Source: an uncultured Eggerthellaceae bacterium
Lineage (GTDB): Bacteria > Actinomycetota > Coriobacteriia > Coriobacteriales > Eggerthellaceae
Assembly: GCA_910588205.1 (NCBI GenBank)
Contig: CAJUQK010000012.1
Coordinates: 467-64,466 of the forward strand
Direction: 5' to 3'
Length of the DNA: 64,000 nt
The position numbers were made by a program, and so were the translations under genes. Under the pieces are notes generated by a model, which searched no databases, was not told the DNA's origin, and saw only the letters and a program-made list of their open reading frames with translations. This document shows positions 41,742 through 50,809 of this stretch, piece after piece; position 1 is the stretch's first letter; the number at the start of each line of letters is the position of its first letter.

Positions 41742-42179
41742 CTACGCTTTGCGGTCATGTATGTTCAGGACACAAGTTCGATGTTTTCTATTATGCATTC
41801 TGCACAATGATGTATTTAGAGTTCGATAGAGTCTGTGCTGACGATGATGCTGTATTCTGCGGCTAGCTTGGTTCGAGAAGTCATCGATTACAGCGCCAGC
41901 AACAGACCTCTCGGAGTCCAGCTTTCGATTCCGAAAGTAGACCACCCAATTGATTGCCAAAATAGCTAGATTCAGAAAATAGACCACAATTACCCAGTTT
42001 ATGGTTCTCAGGCAAAGCTTCGCAGCTATCCCGCAGACGTATCCAAGGCAGATGAGCGTCAAGAACTGCCAGCTGGTTCCTTTTGCGGTTCGCGCCTGAA
42101 ACGCTTTATAGGCGCTCATGGGCCAAGACAGGCCGAAGCAAACTAGCATCGCTGCTTCGAGCAACTCTGCGATGAGCAA
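41742..42179 (-). CDS. Small 3-TM membrane protein (SemiSWEET/PQ-loop-like, tentative) with an implausible Arg/His-rich tail
   Basis: Three hydrophobic helices in the first ~95 aa. The last ~50 aa (…RRIQHHRQHRLYRTLNTSLCRMHNRKHRTC…) overlap operator copy 2 and look non-native. Confidence 0.35.
   Translation of the reverse strand: MLIAELLEAAMLVCFGLSWPMSAYKAFQARTAKGTSWQFLTLICLGYVCGIAAKLCLRTINWVIVVYFLNLAILAINWVVYFRNRKLDSERSVAGAVIDDFSNQASRRIQHHRQHRLYRTLNTSLCRMHNRKHRTCVLNIHDRKA
41790..41808. promoter_or_regulatory. Operator copy 2: ATTATGCA-ttc-TGCACAAT upstream of the isomerase-like operon
   Basis: One mismatch from a perfect palindrome. The minus-strand reading places a CATAAT -10-like hexamer in the arm, about 87 nt upstream of ATG 41703. 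Confidence 0.5.
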
Positions 42180-42205
42180 AACTTTCCCCTTTTAAATCAA
42201 CCGGA

Positions 42206-43786
42206 TCATTCCCTGAAACGGTAAGCGAGCATGAGGTCGAATCTGAGATTAGGATCGTTGGTGTCGATACCGAATTGCTGCTCGATACGGTCAATCCTGT
42301 ATTTCACGTTATTACGGTGCATGTGCAAGGTGTCAGCGGCTACGGATGCTCGACGCTCGCAATTCAGGTATTCTCGCAAGAACTCGTAATTATCCGTCTT
42401 TGCGATATCGTCATACTCGCTTATTCGATCAAGGACCGCTCCTGCATAGGTTTGCAGAAGCAACTCTTTATGCATGTCATCATCTGAACGGAGAAGAAAA
42501 TCGATATAGCACAGATCGAAGGAGACGATATTGGTCCATTCCCCACGGGGAATGTGCTCAGTGTCCTCCTTGCTATAAGCCTCGTAGGCATGCTTCGCCT
42601 GGAGAAATGCGGCTCTGGCTTGGGTCAAGTTCACAAATTTCGAACTTCTACCGCATCCTATCCCATAAGCATGCAGCAGCCTGTTCAATCGCGAAGAACA
42701 AGACTGCCTTCCCTTAAGACAATCCTTCGGCTCGCAATGAAGTACGCATTTCTCATTAAGGCAGTTGTAGCACAATACCACGATTGCATCATCTATGACG
42801 ACGACCTTAGCTGGCGCAACTGCGCATCCGATATCAGAAAGAAGCCTGAAGAACGGTACTGTGTCCGAGTCAACCCTAATATAGAATATGCAGAAACGTG
42901 CATCGAAGGGTATGCCAACGATTCCACTACGCTCTTTGATCGCCTCTGGGTCTGTAAATGCCCCCTCGAAGACATCCTTTATGAACGCATCGATGGCATT
43001 GCCAGAGGGCTTATCCGCTGGATATTCTTCATTCGCGTATCGTTCGATATGCGATACGAACATTTGATATTTGTCGAGCAAGTAAGGCGAAGGCCCTTCG
43101 ACATTGCACATCATGACCATGATCAAAGAGAAAGACATACCCGTCTTGAACGTATAAACAGCCGTGATGTATTTGCATATCTCGTAAGTATCGTTGATGA
43201 CGAAACCTTCTTCTTCGATCCACGACCTAAATCTCTTATGCAAGTTGAACTTTCGAATATTGCCTTCGGTATGGTATCCATGCGCAATGAGCTCCATAGT
43301 TATCGGATCGTCGCAAGGAACGTCCTTCGAGTAAGCGAGGAGCTTGAGGGCTGCATCTAGGATGACGACGTTGTTCTTCAGGAAAGAAGTACTTGCATCA
43401 AGAAGGGTCTGAAGACCCTCTCCGTTGAAGGAAAGGTTGATCAGCTCGTTCTCCCATTTTGAGTATTTTGCAAAAATATCGAGCAATTCGTTAAGGATGA
43501 GCAATTTCGACTCGCAACCAATAACACACAGATAGCTCTGGATATCTTCACTCTCTAGAGATTCGATCTTCTCGAAGTTGACGTAAAGAGGGAAAAAGCC
43601 CGCTCGCACTATCGTTTTGAGCGATCTGATGTCATCGCATACATAGACAGTATTGGCGTCTTGGAGCGATTCCTTGCCGAGGTACATTCGCGCATTGTCG
43701 AACGAGGGGTTTTCTTCGCAACGCCGCACGACCGTTCCCAAGCGTTGCAACTCGTATTCAAGTATGTTCAGGGTATCCCCATGCAA
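42206..43786 (-). CDS. PucR/CdaR-family transcriptional regulator
   Basis: C-terminal HTH AADTLHMHRNNVKYRIDRIEQQFGIDTNDPNLRFDLMLAY is the PucR_C signature. Confidence 0.8.
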   Translation of the reverse strand: MHGDTLNILEYELQRLGTVVRRCEENPSFDNARMYLGKESLQDANTVYVCDDIRSLKTIVRAGFFPLYVNFEKIESLESEDIQSYLCVIGCESKLLILNELLDIFAKYSKWENELINLSFNGEGLQTLLDASTSFLKNNVVILDAALKLLAYSKDVPCDDPITMELIAHGYHTEGNIRKFNLHKRFRSWIEEEGFVINDTYEICKYITAVYTFKTGMSFSLIMVMMCNVEGPSPYLLDKYQMFVSHIERYANEEYPADKPSGNAIDAFIKDVFEGAFTDPEAIKERSGIVGIPFDARFCIFYIRVDSDTVPFFRLLSDIGCAVAPAKVVVIDDAIVVLCYNCLNEKCVLHCEPKDCLKGRQSCSSRLNRLLHAYGIGCGRSSKFVNLTQARAAFLQAKHAYEAYSKEDTEHIPRGEWTNIVSFDLCYIDFLLRSDDDMHKELLLQTYAGAVLDRISEYDDIAKTDNYEFLREYLNCERRASVAADTLHMHRNNVKYRIDRIEQQFGIDTNDPNLRFDLMLAYRFRE

Positions 43787-43878
43787 ATCCCCAACAGCTG
43801 TAGTCCTTAATCTAGTTAGTGTGATAGTGAACGATATATTTATCCATAGGCTGCTAGTAACATTTGAACCTATAAATC

Positions 43879-43902
43879 ATTGTGCATTTTGCACAATATA
43901 AT
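43879..43902. promoter_or_regulatory. Operator copy 1: ATTGTGCA-ttt-TGCACAAT (perfect palindrome) overlapping a TATAAT -10 box, in the divergent regulator/transporter gap
   Basis: Arms at 43879-43886 and 43890-43897. TATAAT at 43897-43902 on the plus strand. Confidence 0.55.
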
Positions 43903-44140
43903 AGCGTAGTTCTTGCGCGTTTTTGGCGATACGGACGTAGCGATAAGAACACGTTATGCCAGACGCACAATGAGTTCCTATTCGACATGCGGCTTAAAGC
44001 CTAATGCCGTCGACATGCCTTCTTTCTATTCTTAGCTAAAGTGCCCTGACCCTAGCAGGGCGTAAAGCTGTGGGGATTCGCTGAAGGGCTCTATCGGCGA
44101 TATGCCCTCTTCGCTTGATTCGTCTTACGAAGGAGGTCAT

Positions 44141-45514
44141 ATGAAAGGAATCAATACCAAGATAAAGGCGGTCTGGGGCGTATCGGAGATAGGCTTTTCT
44201 ATCACTGCTACGCTTGAGACTGCTTTTTTCATCTTCTTCTTAACCGATGTGGCGCAGTTGCCCCTTGCAATCTCCGGCATTATCGCCGGTGGTGCTTCTG
44301 CGGTAGACATCATTTCAGCTGCAATAGCCGGTGTATTTATCGATAAGTTCCATTTCAAGAGCGGAAAATACCGCCCTTGGTTGCTCTATGCGCCTCTTTG
44401 CGCCATGGTTTTCTTCATTTTGTGCTTCACGAAGATTGGCGGCGATGTGACAGCGGGCATTATTATCGCGGTTGGTTACATCATCAGCCACTTCTTCTGG
44501 AATATCAGCTACACGGCGGTTCGAAGCCTGACGAATGTGCTGACCGATGAGCCATCCGAGCGCGCGTTCCTCTCCGGTCGTCTCGGCGCCGGCGCAGCCC
44601 TCGGCCGTGTTTGCGCTTCACAGCTTGTTCCATGGCTCACTGCCGCCCTGGCTACGCTTGTAAGCGGTGTGGGTGCATATACTATCTGCGCTGCGATCTT
44701 CTCGTTGATTTACATCGCATGCATGCTTATCCAATTCGTTGTTACTAAGGGCTATGACACCGAGACGAAGACCGAAGCATCGACGGTATCGTTCATAGCC
44801 ATGGGGAAGAACATCATTACCAATCCTAATCTTATCGGTGTTGTGCTTCATGACCTGCTTCGCCTGATCGCGTATTATACGGTTGCTGCAGGAACGGCGT
44901 ATTATGCTAAGGTCGTGATCGGAGATGCTGCAGCAAGCGGCACCATTCTCATGGTTTACTATATCGGGTGCTTTATCGGTTCCTTCGTGGCAGCGCGTGT
45001 TGCTAGGAGTATCGGTACTAAGAATGCAACGATCATCGGCGTCGCAGGCTGGTTGGTTTTATGGGTGGTCGCCTTCTTCATACAGCCGGACTACATTGTG
45101 CTGAACATACTTCTCTTCATTTCGCAAGTCTTCTTCGGTTTTGCCTACGGCCTCACGGTGAACCTGTACTCCATGTGCGCTACCTGGAGCCATTGGAAGA
45201 CAGGCGTGAATACCACCGGTGTCACGATGTCGCTTATGCCGGTTGCCGTAAAGGTCGGTGTCACCCTTCGAGCCGTTATTCTCCCGGCGTTCTTGGCATT
45301 CGTCGGATACGATGCGGCTGCAACAACTTTCGATGCGGCAGCTCAAAGTGGAATCTTCCAGATGTACTTCCTGCTCCCCATCGCTCTGCTCGTCGTCTCG
45401 CTCATCCCGTTGATCTTCCTCTTCAAGATCAAGGACAAAGATATCGAGCCCATGAGTGACGAGATCAACGAACGTGAGAAGGCAGGGGTCATTTCTGAAA
45501 GCGATGCAAATTAA
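44141..45514 (+). CDS. GPH-family (glycoside-pentoside-hexuronide:cation) symporter / MFS transporter
   Basis: 12-TM profile, N-terminus KAVWGVSEIGFSI…FFLTDVAQLP and a central GKYRPWLLY motif typical of MelB/YicJ-like carriers. GAAGGAGG RBS before ATG 44141. Confidence 0.85.
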   Translation: MKGINTKIKAVWGVSEIGFSITATLETAFFIFFLTDVAQLPLAISGIIAGGASAVDIISAAIAGVFIDKFHFKSGKYRPWLLYAPLCAMVFFILCFTKIGGDVTAGIIIAVGYIISHFFWNISYTAVRSLTNVLTDEPSERAFLSGRLGAGAALGRVCASQLVPWLTAALATLVSGVGAYTICAAIFSLIYIACMLIQFVVTKGYDTETKTEASTVSFIAMGKNIITNPNLIGVVLHDLLRLIAYYTVAAGTAYYAKVVIGDAAASGTILMVYYIGCFIGSFVAARVARSIGTKNATIIGVAGWLVLWVVAFFIQPDYIVLNILLFISQVFFGFAYGLTVNLYSMCATWSHWKTGVNTTGVTMSLMPVAVKVGVTLRAVILPAFLAFVGYDAAATTFDAAAQSGIFQMYFLLPIALLVVSLIPLIFLFKIKDKDIEPMSDEINEREKAGVISESDAN

Positions 45515-45572
45515 CCCTCTTATTTTGGCAAGTTATTTCCTTCCAACGAGGATCGCGATTCGCGTAGACAAT

Positions 45573-45604
45573 GCGAAAACCCCGCCACTATGCGGGGTTT
45601 TCGC
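45573..45604. terminator. Bidirectional rho-independent terminator
   Basis: Perfect 13-bp stem GCGAAAACCCCGC/GCGGGGTTTTCGC with a 6-nt loop. Confidence 0.8.
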
Positions 45605-45635
45605 ATCTTCGGAATAGCTATGAACAAATCGCTCT

Positions 45636-45848
45636 ATGAAAAAACTACTCAATAAAATACGGTCGATTTGCTCAGAGCAGAAGTTCACCCAGCGTGCATT
45701 GGGTTTCAAGGTCGAAGTGTCTTGCCGCAATCTATCGGACATCGAGTGCGGACGACACAGCATCCGCTTCGTCAATCTTTGCCGACTTGCGCATGGAGTG
45801 AGGATGTCCGCAAGCGACTTTCTCTGTTTCGACGACGTGTATAATTAA
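45636..45848 (+). CDS. XRE-family HTH protein
   Basis: FTQRALGFKVEVSCRNLSDIECGRHSIRFVNLCRLAHGVRMSASDFL fits the Cro/C1 HTH pattern. Confidence 0.6.
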   Translation: MKKLLNKIRSICSEQKFTQRALGFKVEVSCRNLSDIECGRHSIRFVNLCRLAHGVRMSASDFLCFDDVYN

Positions 45849-46154
45849 GCTTCTTCAACTGTCGCCCCCCCCGCGACTAGTCATGTCTTGATACTAAGAG
45901 AACACATGAATTGATTGGCGCATAGACCGCTATGGATTTCAACGCTCCATTCAATGGTTAGCTAATATCCATCTCATGTTTTTTTAAGCAATACGCCGAA
46001 TAGAGCCGAACAACATCCTCTTACAGATATTCCCAACGCAAATTTAAGTTGCGCCTATCACCTCGCTATGCACCCTCTGTCCGTCTTGGTGAGAGGGGTG
46101 GCGTTACACCACAGCTGCGCTCTCTGTGTATTGAAGCGAGGGGGTAGCCAGATC

Positions 46155-46616
46155 ATGAAGTTCTACGAATGCAGGATCGATGGCGAAGGGGCAAATAAGC
46201 GGATCATCTTGGTTGTGAGGCAGCCGGAATCAGAGGAGACTGATGTCGAGGTATCGGCAAATATCAAAGAGGCAATCGACGATTTGCAGAGAGAGTACTG
46301 GAGGCTCGAGAAGCGAGAGCAAAGACATACCGTGCATATTGAGGCCATACCAGAATGCTTCATCCCTCATGAGCGCTTTGCCGAAAGCCCCGAAGCGCTC
46401 ATGCTGAAGAAGCATGATGCGCAACAGGTAACTCTAGCACTATCCCAAATTCCAATAAAACAGCAACGAAGGCTGATGCTTAGATACGTTTTCGAGCTGC
46501 CAATAAAGAAGATCGCCAAGATCGAGAACTGTAGCGAGCGCTCTGTGAAGTACAGCCTGAGCCTTGCTAAGAAGAACTTGAAGGATCTGCTAGGTGACGA
46601 TTTCCTGGATGTATGA
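46155..46616 (+). CDS. Sigma-70 region-4-like DNA-binding protein (element regulator)
   Basis: LSQIPIKQQRRLMLRYVFELPIKKIAKIENCSERSVKYSLSLAKKNLKDLL is a region-4 HTH. Start at ATG 46155. Confidence 0.65.
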   Translation: MKFYECRIDGEGANKRIILVVRQPESEETDVEVSANIKEAIDDLQREYWRLEKREQRHTVHIEAIPECFIPHERFAESPEALMLKKHDAQQVTLALSQIPIKQQRRLMLRYVFELPIKKIAKIENCSERSVKYSLSLAKKNLKDLLGDDFLDV

Positions 46617-47198
46617 TTTTGGAAACCGGTGTTGGTCCACGCGATTCTAGCGGTCTGCCGGAATGGCTATAACATCTTCCAAAGGTTAGAATAGCAAGTG
46701 GCGAAACCATGCAACGTGCAACGCATGTGCATGCACATATTCCTATTAGCAGTCTGACTGGAGGGCATCTGCTTCTGTGGCTGCCATTAGGCGTGCTGCA
46801 TGGTTTCGCCAAACCATTGCGGATGCCTTCCTTCATTATTGGGGGAATTGCGAAACTATAGGGCGCTTCGCTGGCATCAAACTCGTTTGGAAGGCGTCGT
46901 TGTTCGTGGTCAGCAATCTTGAAAGACACTTTGGAAGCGCTGAAAAGGTTGCCTCGTGCATCATCGAGCATGATCTTGAGCAAGAAATGGTCTTGGGGAC
47001 CGATGAATGCCTACACGTCTACACAAACTACGGCAATCGGCTGATCGAGTTGGGCTATTTCATCGGTGCACATGAGTTCGAGGAATGGCTTTGCTCGGAC
47101 CTCCCATACGAGGAGTGGCGCAACTGTCGCCGTTCTGACTAATCAGAATCAACTCTTGAACAGAGCGATTTGTCGAGTCGTCGCAAGTACAAAAGAAG

Positions 47199-47227
47199 AA
47201 AGGGAGCTGAGATCATCAGCTCCCTTT
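47199..47227 (-). terminator. Terminator of the 47254..48051 gene
   Basis: 12-bp stem AAAGGGAGCTGA/TCAGCTCCCTTT. The minus strand continues TCTTCTTTTG. Confidence 0.65.
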
Positions 47228-47253
47228 GCACCTTGGAGACGTAACCGATGACG

Positions 47254-48051
47254 CTATGCCAGCCTCTTGCGCTTGGGGCGGTAAGGATTAGGGTCGATGG
47301 TGAACGCAGCCCTGAGCTTCTTGAAATAACAGCTGATGTTATGGCGAAGGAGAGCCAGCCGAGCCTTCCGTGCGATGCGCTTCGAGTTGAGCAGATCACC
47401 TGAAATCTTAGAAAGCAGTTCGCTTCGCTCAGACCAGCTCATCTCTGAGGGGATGCCGGTGCTTGCCACAACGTAAGAGGATACGCGAGACTTGAGTTCA
47501 GCCATCCATCTCTCTTCGGTCGTATGCCAGCAGATGCCCATCTTTCGATAAAGCGGCAACCAGTGGGCTTCGTAGAAGTCGTAGCCGCAGCCGTTGATCC
47601 CGATGTAGTAATCATCAGATTCGGTCCTGTACACGCTGATGCCACACTCGTTGTACATTGCGATCTCGGAATAGTCAGGTTCGCCGTTGAGCGCCCAAAG
47701 CGTGGACCACATAGGCGTGCCATCAAGGCAGCACAGCTCATCGAAGTCAATCTCAATGCGCTCGCCTTCGACATCGTCCTCGGGAATCGCGACGATGACC
47801 TCGTCGTCGAAATCGACTGATTCCACCACTAACGAGAACCGCTCATCGTCTCCGAATTCCCCATATTGGCTGACATAGGTGCCAGGCTCGGGGATGTTCT
47901 TGCAGGCAAGGTACATATCACGTTCGGGATCGTGCAGATGGTCGATCGGGATAGCGTCGTGGGTCGAATTGAACCAGTCCTCGCATGCATCGCGTTCGCT
48001 CACCCAACCGCTCAAGCGGGTCGCCTTCTTGAGATCAAGCATGGATACCAC
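47254..48051 (-). CDS. Hypothetical protein (PMWSTLW…GINGCGYDFYEAHWLPLY motif), coupled to the DUF3846 gene
   Basis: 265-aa ORF overlapping the upstream gene by 17 nt. Acidic N-half and basic C-tail. No family name recalled. Confidence 0.55.
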   Translation of the reverse strand: MVSMLDLKKATRLSGWVSERDACEDWFNSTHDAIPIDHLHDPERDMYLACKNIPEPGTYVSQYGEFGDDERFSLVVESVDFDDEVIVAIPEDDVEGERIEIDFDELCCLDGTPMWSTLWALNGEPDYSEIAMYNECGISVYRTESDDYYIGINGCGYDFYEAHWLPLYRKMGICWHTTEERWMAELKSRVSSYVVASTGIPSEMSWSERSELLSKISGDLLNSKRIARKARLALLRHNISCYFKKLRAAFTIDPNPYRPKRKRLA

Positions 48052-48517
48052 GCTCCTGGGAGCGGCGATTCATAGCCATTATTCGGAGCTTCAGAGCCTC
48101 CTCGATGCCCGAGTTCGCGTTCCAGAAGTCATCCTCAAGACGCGACATCTCCTCGGGCGTGAGGTCACGCATTACGCGCTCGCCCTCTACGCTCACCTCG
48201 TAGGAGCATGCGATGATCGGACCGTACAGGATCGTGTAGAGCTCGTCCTTCTTTATGGGCGTATGCTTGTCCATCATGGAGAGGTACTTGCGCTCCTTCA
48301 TGCGCTGATTCGCGTAGACCGCCCTGTTGGGTATCATGCCTTCGAGGATGCCACTCTCGTTCACCCACAGAAGAGGTTGGTTCCCGTACAGCACATCGAA
48401 TGCCTCGATGTTGCCCCTCACGAGCCTTTGCAGCTCCTTCAGGTAACTGCCATCTTCATCCGGCTGGATGTTCTCGTAGCGGATCTCCTCCATTGCTTCC
48501 ATCACTGCAACTTTCAT
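48035..48517 (-). CDS. DUF3846-like protein
   Basis: YLKELQRLVRGNIEAFDVL…LWVNESGILEGMIPNR…LYGPIIAC fits the DUF3846 pattern. Start at ATG 48517 with an AAGGAG RBS. Confidence 0.6.
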   Translation of the reverse strand: MKVAVMEAMEEIRYENIQPDEDGSYLKELQRLVRGNIEAFDVLYGNQPLLWVNESGILEGMIPNRAVYANQRMKERKYLSMMDKHTPIKKDELYTILYGPIIACSYEVSVEGERVMRDLTPEEMSRLEDDFWNANSGIEEALKLRIMAMNRRSQERGIHA

Positions 48518-48797
48518 TGTCTTGCTCCTTTTCTTGATTGGTTTTCTATGCTGAACAGGAGCAAGCCCAATGGGGCCCCTCCTGGGATTGCCCACTGGAA
48601 CAGTTGCGTTCATAGCGTTTCGGTTATGCGATTCTCAAAGTGCGACTCTTGCCCGATTCGATTCGGAAGAGCGGATGCCCCTCTACACTAATGCGCATTC
48701 CGGGACTGATGACCATGGCAAGACCGGAGAACCTTGCAACCAAGTTGATGTGAATACACACAGAAGCGCGGGACCGCTTTCCCTCTGAGGCGTCTAC

Positions 48798-49658
48798 GTG
48801 TCCGTCTTTACAGAAGTGCGTTTAGTGAGGATGGAACCCATGGAGAGCTTCGAGATAGTGGATTACGAGAGCGTGTTCCGCATAGCATGCAAAGACGTCG
48901 TGCCAAGGTCGGACAATCGGGCGCTTGACCCATCGGTGATAGACGAGATCGCCCAATCCTTCGAGAAGGTGGGTCAGACGGCGCCCGTCATCGTGCGGCG
49001 TCTCATGGATGGCAGGTACGAGCTCGTAGACGGGCATCATCGGCTTGCTGCGAAGGAAGCCGCATTCAAGCATCATCCCGGGAACGCAGAGCACCGGGAG
49101 ATATGCTGCATCGTTCGTGACCTGACGGATGCGGAGGCCGAGATACAGATGGTGGTCGCGAACATCCAGAAGCCCTTGAGCATCGCCGAGAAAGGGCGTC
49201 TCTACGAGCGCATCGGGATACGCGTCGATGAGCTGCGGGCAAGCAACCCTGCAGCTTTCGCCGGCATGGATCGTGGTTCGGTTATCGCATCATGCGCATC
49301 CAAAGGCGGTACGAGCGTGAGCAAGGCCACGGTGTACCGCTCCATCAACGAAGCCCATGCCGAGGACGGCACCCACGAATACGCCGGCACGAACGCGCGA
49401 CAGCGCAAAGCTGTGTCCAGGATGCGGACTGAGAAGCGCAAGGAGGCAGCGAAGGTGCTCGCCCAAGATGGGATGCTGGCCCTGGATGATTGGATCGCGG
49501 TGCAGGCATGCGCTAAGGCCTCCAGCGAGGTTGATGCATCCTTGAGGAAGATCTATTCGGCCGTAGCGGAGATCCGACGTGCGGAGGCCAAAGGGGCGAT
49601 GCTCAATATGCAGACGTCGCTCTTGGTGAAGACCATCGAGGAGATCAGGAACGGTTAG
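48798..49658 (+). CDS. ParB/Srx N-terminal-domain protein
   Basis: LDPSVIDEIAQSFEKVGQTAPVIVRRLMDGRYELVDGHHRLAAKE is a ParB-like nuclease-fold motif. The start is uncertain (GTG 48798, ATG 48831 or ATG 48840). Confidence 0.75.
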   Translation: MSVFTEVRLVRMEPMESFEIVDYESVFRIACKDVVPRSDNRALDPSVIDEIAQSFEKVGQTAPVIVRRLMDGRYELVDGHHRLAAKEAAFKHHPGNAEHREICCIVRDLTDAEAEIQMVVANIQKPLSIAEKGRLYERIGIRVDELRASNPAAFAGMDRGSVIASCASKGGTSVSKATVYRSINEAHAEDGTHEYAGTNARQRKAVSRMRTEKRKEAAKVLAQDGMLALDDWIAVQACAKASSEVDASLRKIYSAVAEIRRAEAKGAMLNMQTSLLVKTIEEIRNG

Positions 49659-49884
49659 GAACTAGGTGGGGCTTAGAAGATGGTGCGGTAATCGAGCGCA
49701 ATGCTCTGATGCTCGCATTCCATCTTCCGCAGCCCCCGTGCGCAATGCACGACATCCGCGCCTCCCACGGGGAGAGGCAAGCAGAATGCTACGAAATATC
49801 TGCCCCTGCAGTTCGCTGAAGGACTGCTTCTTAGAAAGGAACGTCAGCATGTACATACACGCTGACGTTCACGATTCGACGAAT

Positions 49885-49908
49885 GTGCCCGCATCCAAGT
49901 GCGGGCAC
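49885..49908. terminator. Hairpin between the convergent ParB-like and mIHF genes
   Basis: Perfect 9-bp stem GTGCCCGCA/TGCGGGCAC with a 6-nt loop. No clear U-tract. Confidence 0.45.
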
Positions 49909-49924
49909 GTTGCTGGGGGCATGA

Positions 49925-50242
49925 CTACTTGACGTTCGCAGCGATCCAATCAAGGAGTGCTGCCTTCTGGTTCTTGCCAAGGCCGCCAAGGCGCTTGGTG
50001 TCCGGAATGCCGCATTCTTCGAGTGCCTTCGCTGCCTTCGTTGCTCCGACGCCTGGGAGCTTCTTCAAGAACGCGAGAACCTTAACCTTAGCGAAGACCG
50101 GGTCGGGGTTCTCGGCGAAATCCTTGGGGGCCATCTTGCCGGATGCGAGGTCCTTCATTGCCGCAGATCTCTTCTCACGTACCACGCGAGCCTTTTCAAG
50201 AGCTGCAGCTCGCTGCTCCGGTGTCATTTGGGGCAAAGCCAT
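49925..50242 (-). CDS. mihF: Actinobacterial-type integration host factor (mIHF)
   Basis: MALPQMTPEQRAAALEKA…KVKVLAFLKKLPGVGATKAAKALEECGI…KRLGGLGKNQKAALLDW aligns by eye along its whole length with mycobacterial mIHF (MALPQLTDEQRAAALEKA…MKVSALLEALPKVGKVKA…RRLRGLGDRQRKALLEKF). Confidence 0.85.
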   Translation of the reverse strand: MALPQMTPEQRAAALEKARVVREKRSAAMKDLASGKMAPKDFAENPDPVFAKVKVLAFLKKLPGVGATKAAKALEECGIPDTKRLGGLGKNQKAALLDWIAANVK

Positions 50243-50488
50243 TTTGGTTCCTTTCTCTTTGTTGCACTTTCATTCTATATGACTGACTTGAGGCTAATCC
50301 GACCTTCCCCTCTGATGGGCTTTCTGTCTGATTTAAGGAAGACACCAACGCAACATGCATGCCTGCATGGGCACGGTGCGCACTAGAACGCAATGATGCG
50401 ATTCGTCTATTTGCATCATTGAGCCTGCACGCCTGTAGGAACAAGATTCCCCAAGCAGCCATGCGAACACACGACTGAAAGGCTTCGC

Positions 50489-50809
50489 ATGGAACCAGCT
50501 TCAGAGAACTTCGAGTTATGTACCGAGATGCTCAAGGAGGCTGATCCGGAGAACCTGTACCTTCCGGCGCTGGCGGGATACCCCTACATGATGACGCCGG
50601 ACCAGATTGCGGAGTTCACCGGTCTTTCGAGCCAGGGTGTGAGGAAGCTCCTCACGAAGAGGCAGATGACCGGGACGCGAGTCGGGAACCGATGGCTCGT
50701 GCCGAAGCTCGCGCTTTTGAGACTCTTGCGCAACGGCTGCGAATCACCCAGCAATGAGGAGGAGGCAGCCGATGAAAGTGCTGAAATGCGACAAGCCCTA
50801 CAACGTTGA
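50489..50809 (+). CDS. xis: Excisionase/MerR-like HTH DNA-binding protein
   Basis: MMTPDQIAEFTGLSSQGVRKLLTKRQMTGTRVGNRWLVPKLAL fits the HTH_17/excisionase pattern. Overlaps the integrase start. Confidence 0.7.
   Translation: MEPASENFELCTEMLKEADPENLYLPALAGYPYMMTPDQIAEFTGLSSQGVRKLLTKRQMTGTRVGNRWLVPKLALLRLLRNGCESPSNEEEAADESAEMRQALQR

Noticed and set aside
45943-45955. CGCTCCATTCAAT matches the tRNA-Gly 3' end and flank (CGCTCCATTGAAT, 52257-52269) at 12 of 13 positions. It could be the left att repeat of the 45.9-52.3 kb module.
   Set aside because: The match is short enough to occur by chance in 64 kb. The geometry also fails: the intact tRNA would lie inside the element at its right end, and no tRNA body precedes the left copy. 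Worth a computational repeat search only.
46567-47142. Overlapping ORFs 46777..47142 (plus strand, GTG start) and 46567..46983 (minus strand) between the sigma-like gene and the terminator at 47.2 kb.
   Set aside because: Neither shows motifs. The minus ORF is Cys/Arg/Pro-rich junk. Only the last ~50 codons of the plus ORF look protein-like. Left unannotated.
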